Virus record (IMG/VR): IMGVR_UViG_3300046820_002180
Span: 31,821-95,820 of that record
Strand: one strand, 5' to 3'
Length of the DNA: 64,000 bases
Origin: a virus
Lineage: Duplodnaviria; Heunggongvirae; Uroviricota; Caudoviricetes
The notes under the pieces are model-generated. The model had not been told where the DNA came from. It made no database searches and saw nothing but the letters and a program-made list of their open reading frames with translations. This document shows, in pieces, positions 63,924-64,000 of this stretch. Each line of letters starts with the position of its first letter. Position 1 is the stretch's first letter. Position numbers and translations under genes: made by a program.

Positions 63924-64000
63924 AAAAAGTTGTAATAATTGGAGGTGGTACCGCAGGTTGGTTAACCTCATTGGTGGTAAATAAATTTTGGAAAAACGTT
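63920..64000 (+). CDS. Partial flavin-dependent (tryptophan halogenase-family) protein, truncated by window end
   Basis: MKKVVIIGGGTAGW N-terminal motif. Confidence 0.6.
   Translation, partial: MKKVVIIGGGTAGWLTSLVVNKFWKNV

Noticed and set aside
1-64000. Cellular (bacterial) chromosome, or presence of tRNA/rRNA genes
   Set aside because: The housekeeping-like genes are isolated among fibre and hypothetical genes, with no ribosomal or core operons. Intergenic gaps are short and show no cloverleaf or rRNA signature.

Overview
This 64 kb AT-rich window (about one-third GC by eye) reads as part of a very large tailed dsDNA phage genome. It is densely coded under genetic code 11, and I found no rRNA, tRNA, CRISPR array, integrase or transposase. 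The host is most likely Bacteroidota: the ClpP, sigma70, Hc1 histone-like protein and DUF6576-like tail resemble Bacteroidota versions, promoters have the TTG-N19/20-TAnnTTT form, and most starts lack a Shine-Dalgarno site. Layout: (1) 1-20.3 kb, DNA processing and host takeover (ugd, an NlaIII/IceA1-like HNH nuclease, SbcC/gp46, ClpP, sigma70, Dam-family MTase, NusG, AAA ATPase, Trx, Grx), plus envelope proteins, a degenerate amidase and mosaic putative head proteins; (2) 20.4-36.8 kb, modular Ser/Thr/Gly-rich tail fibres and LamG/Gly-rich tail proteins; (3) 36.9-64 kb, a glycan synthesis and tailoring cluster of more than 27 kb (glycosyltransferases, radical SAMs, 2OG oxygenases, TPP E1 alpha/beta, NDP-sugar enzymes, carbamoyltransferase, APS kinase, start of a flavin halogenase), including a 7.5 kb minus-strand cassette. 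Best leads: no CATG or GATC found in a manual read of the whole window, next to a nuclease resembling the CATG cutter NlaIII; a probable -1 frameshift at an A10 run; a TATTTAT promoter class; GT7 enzymes with an inserted LamG domain; and a candidate branched-chain-sugar pathway. All family assignments come from motif recognition and recalled family sequences; no database search was run.
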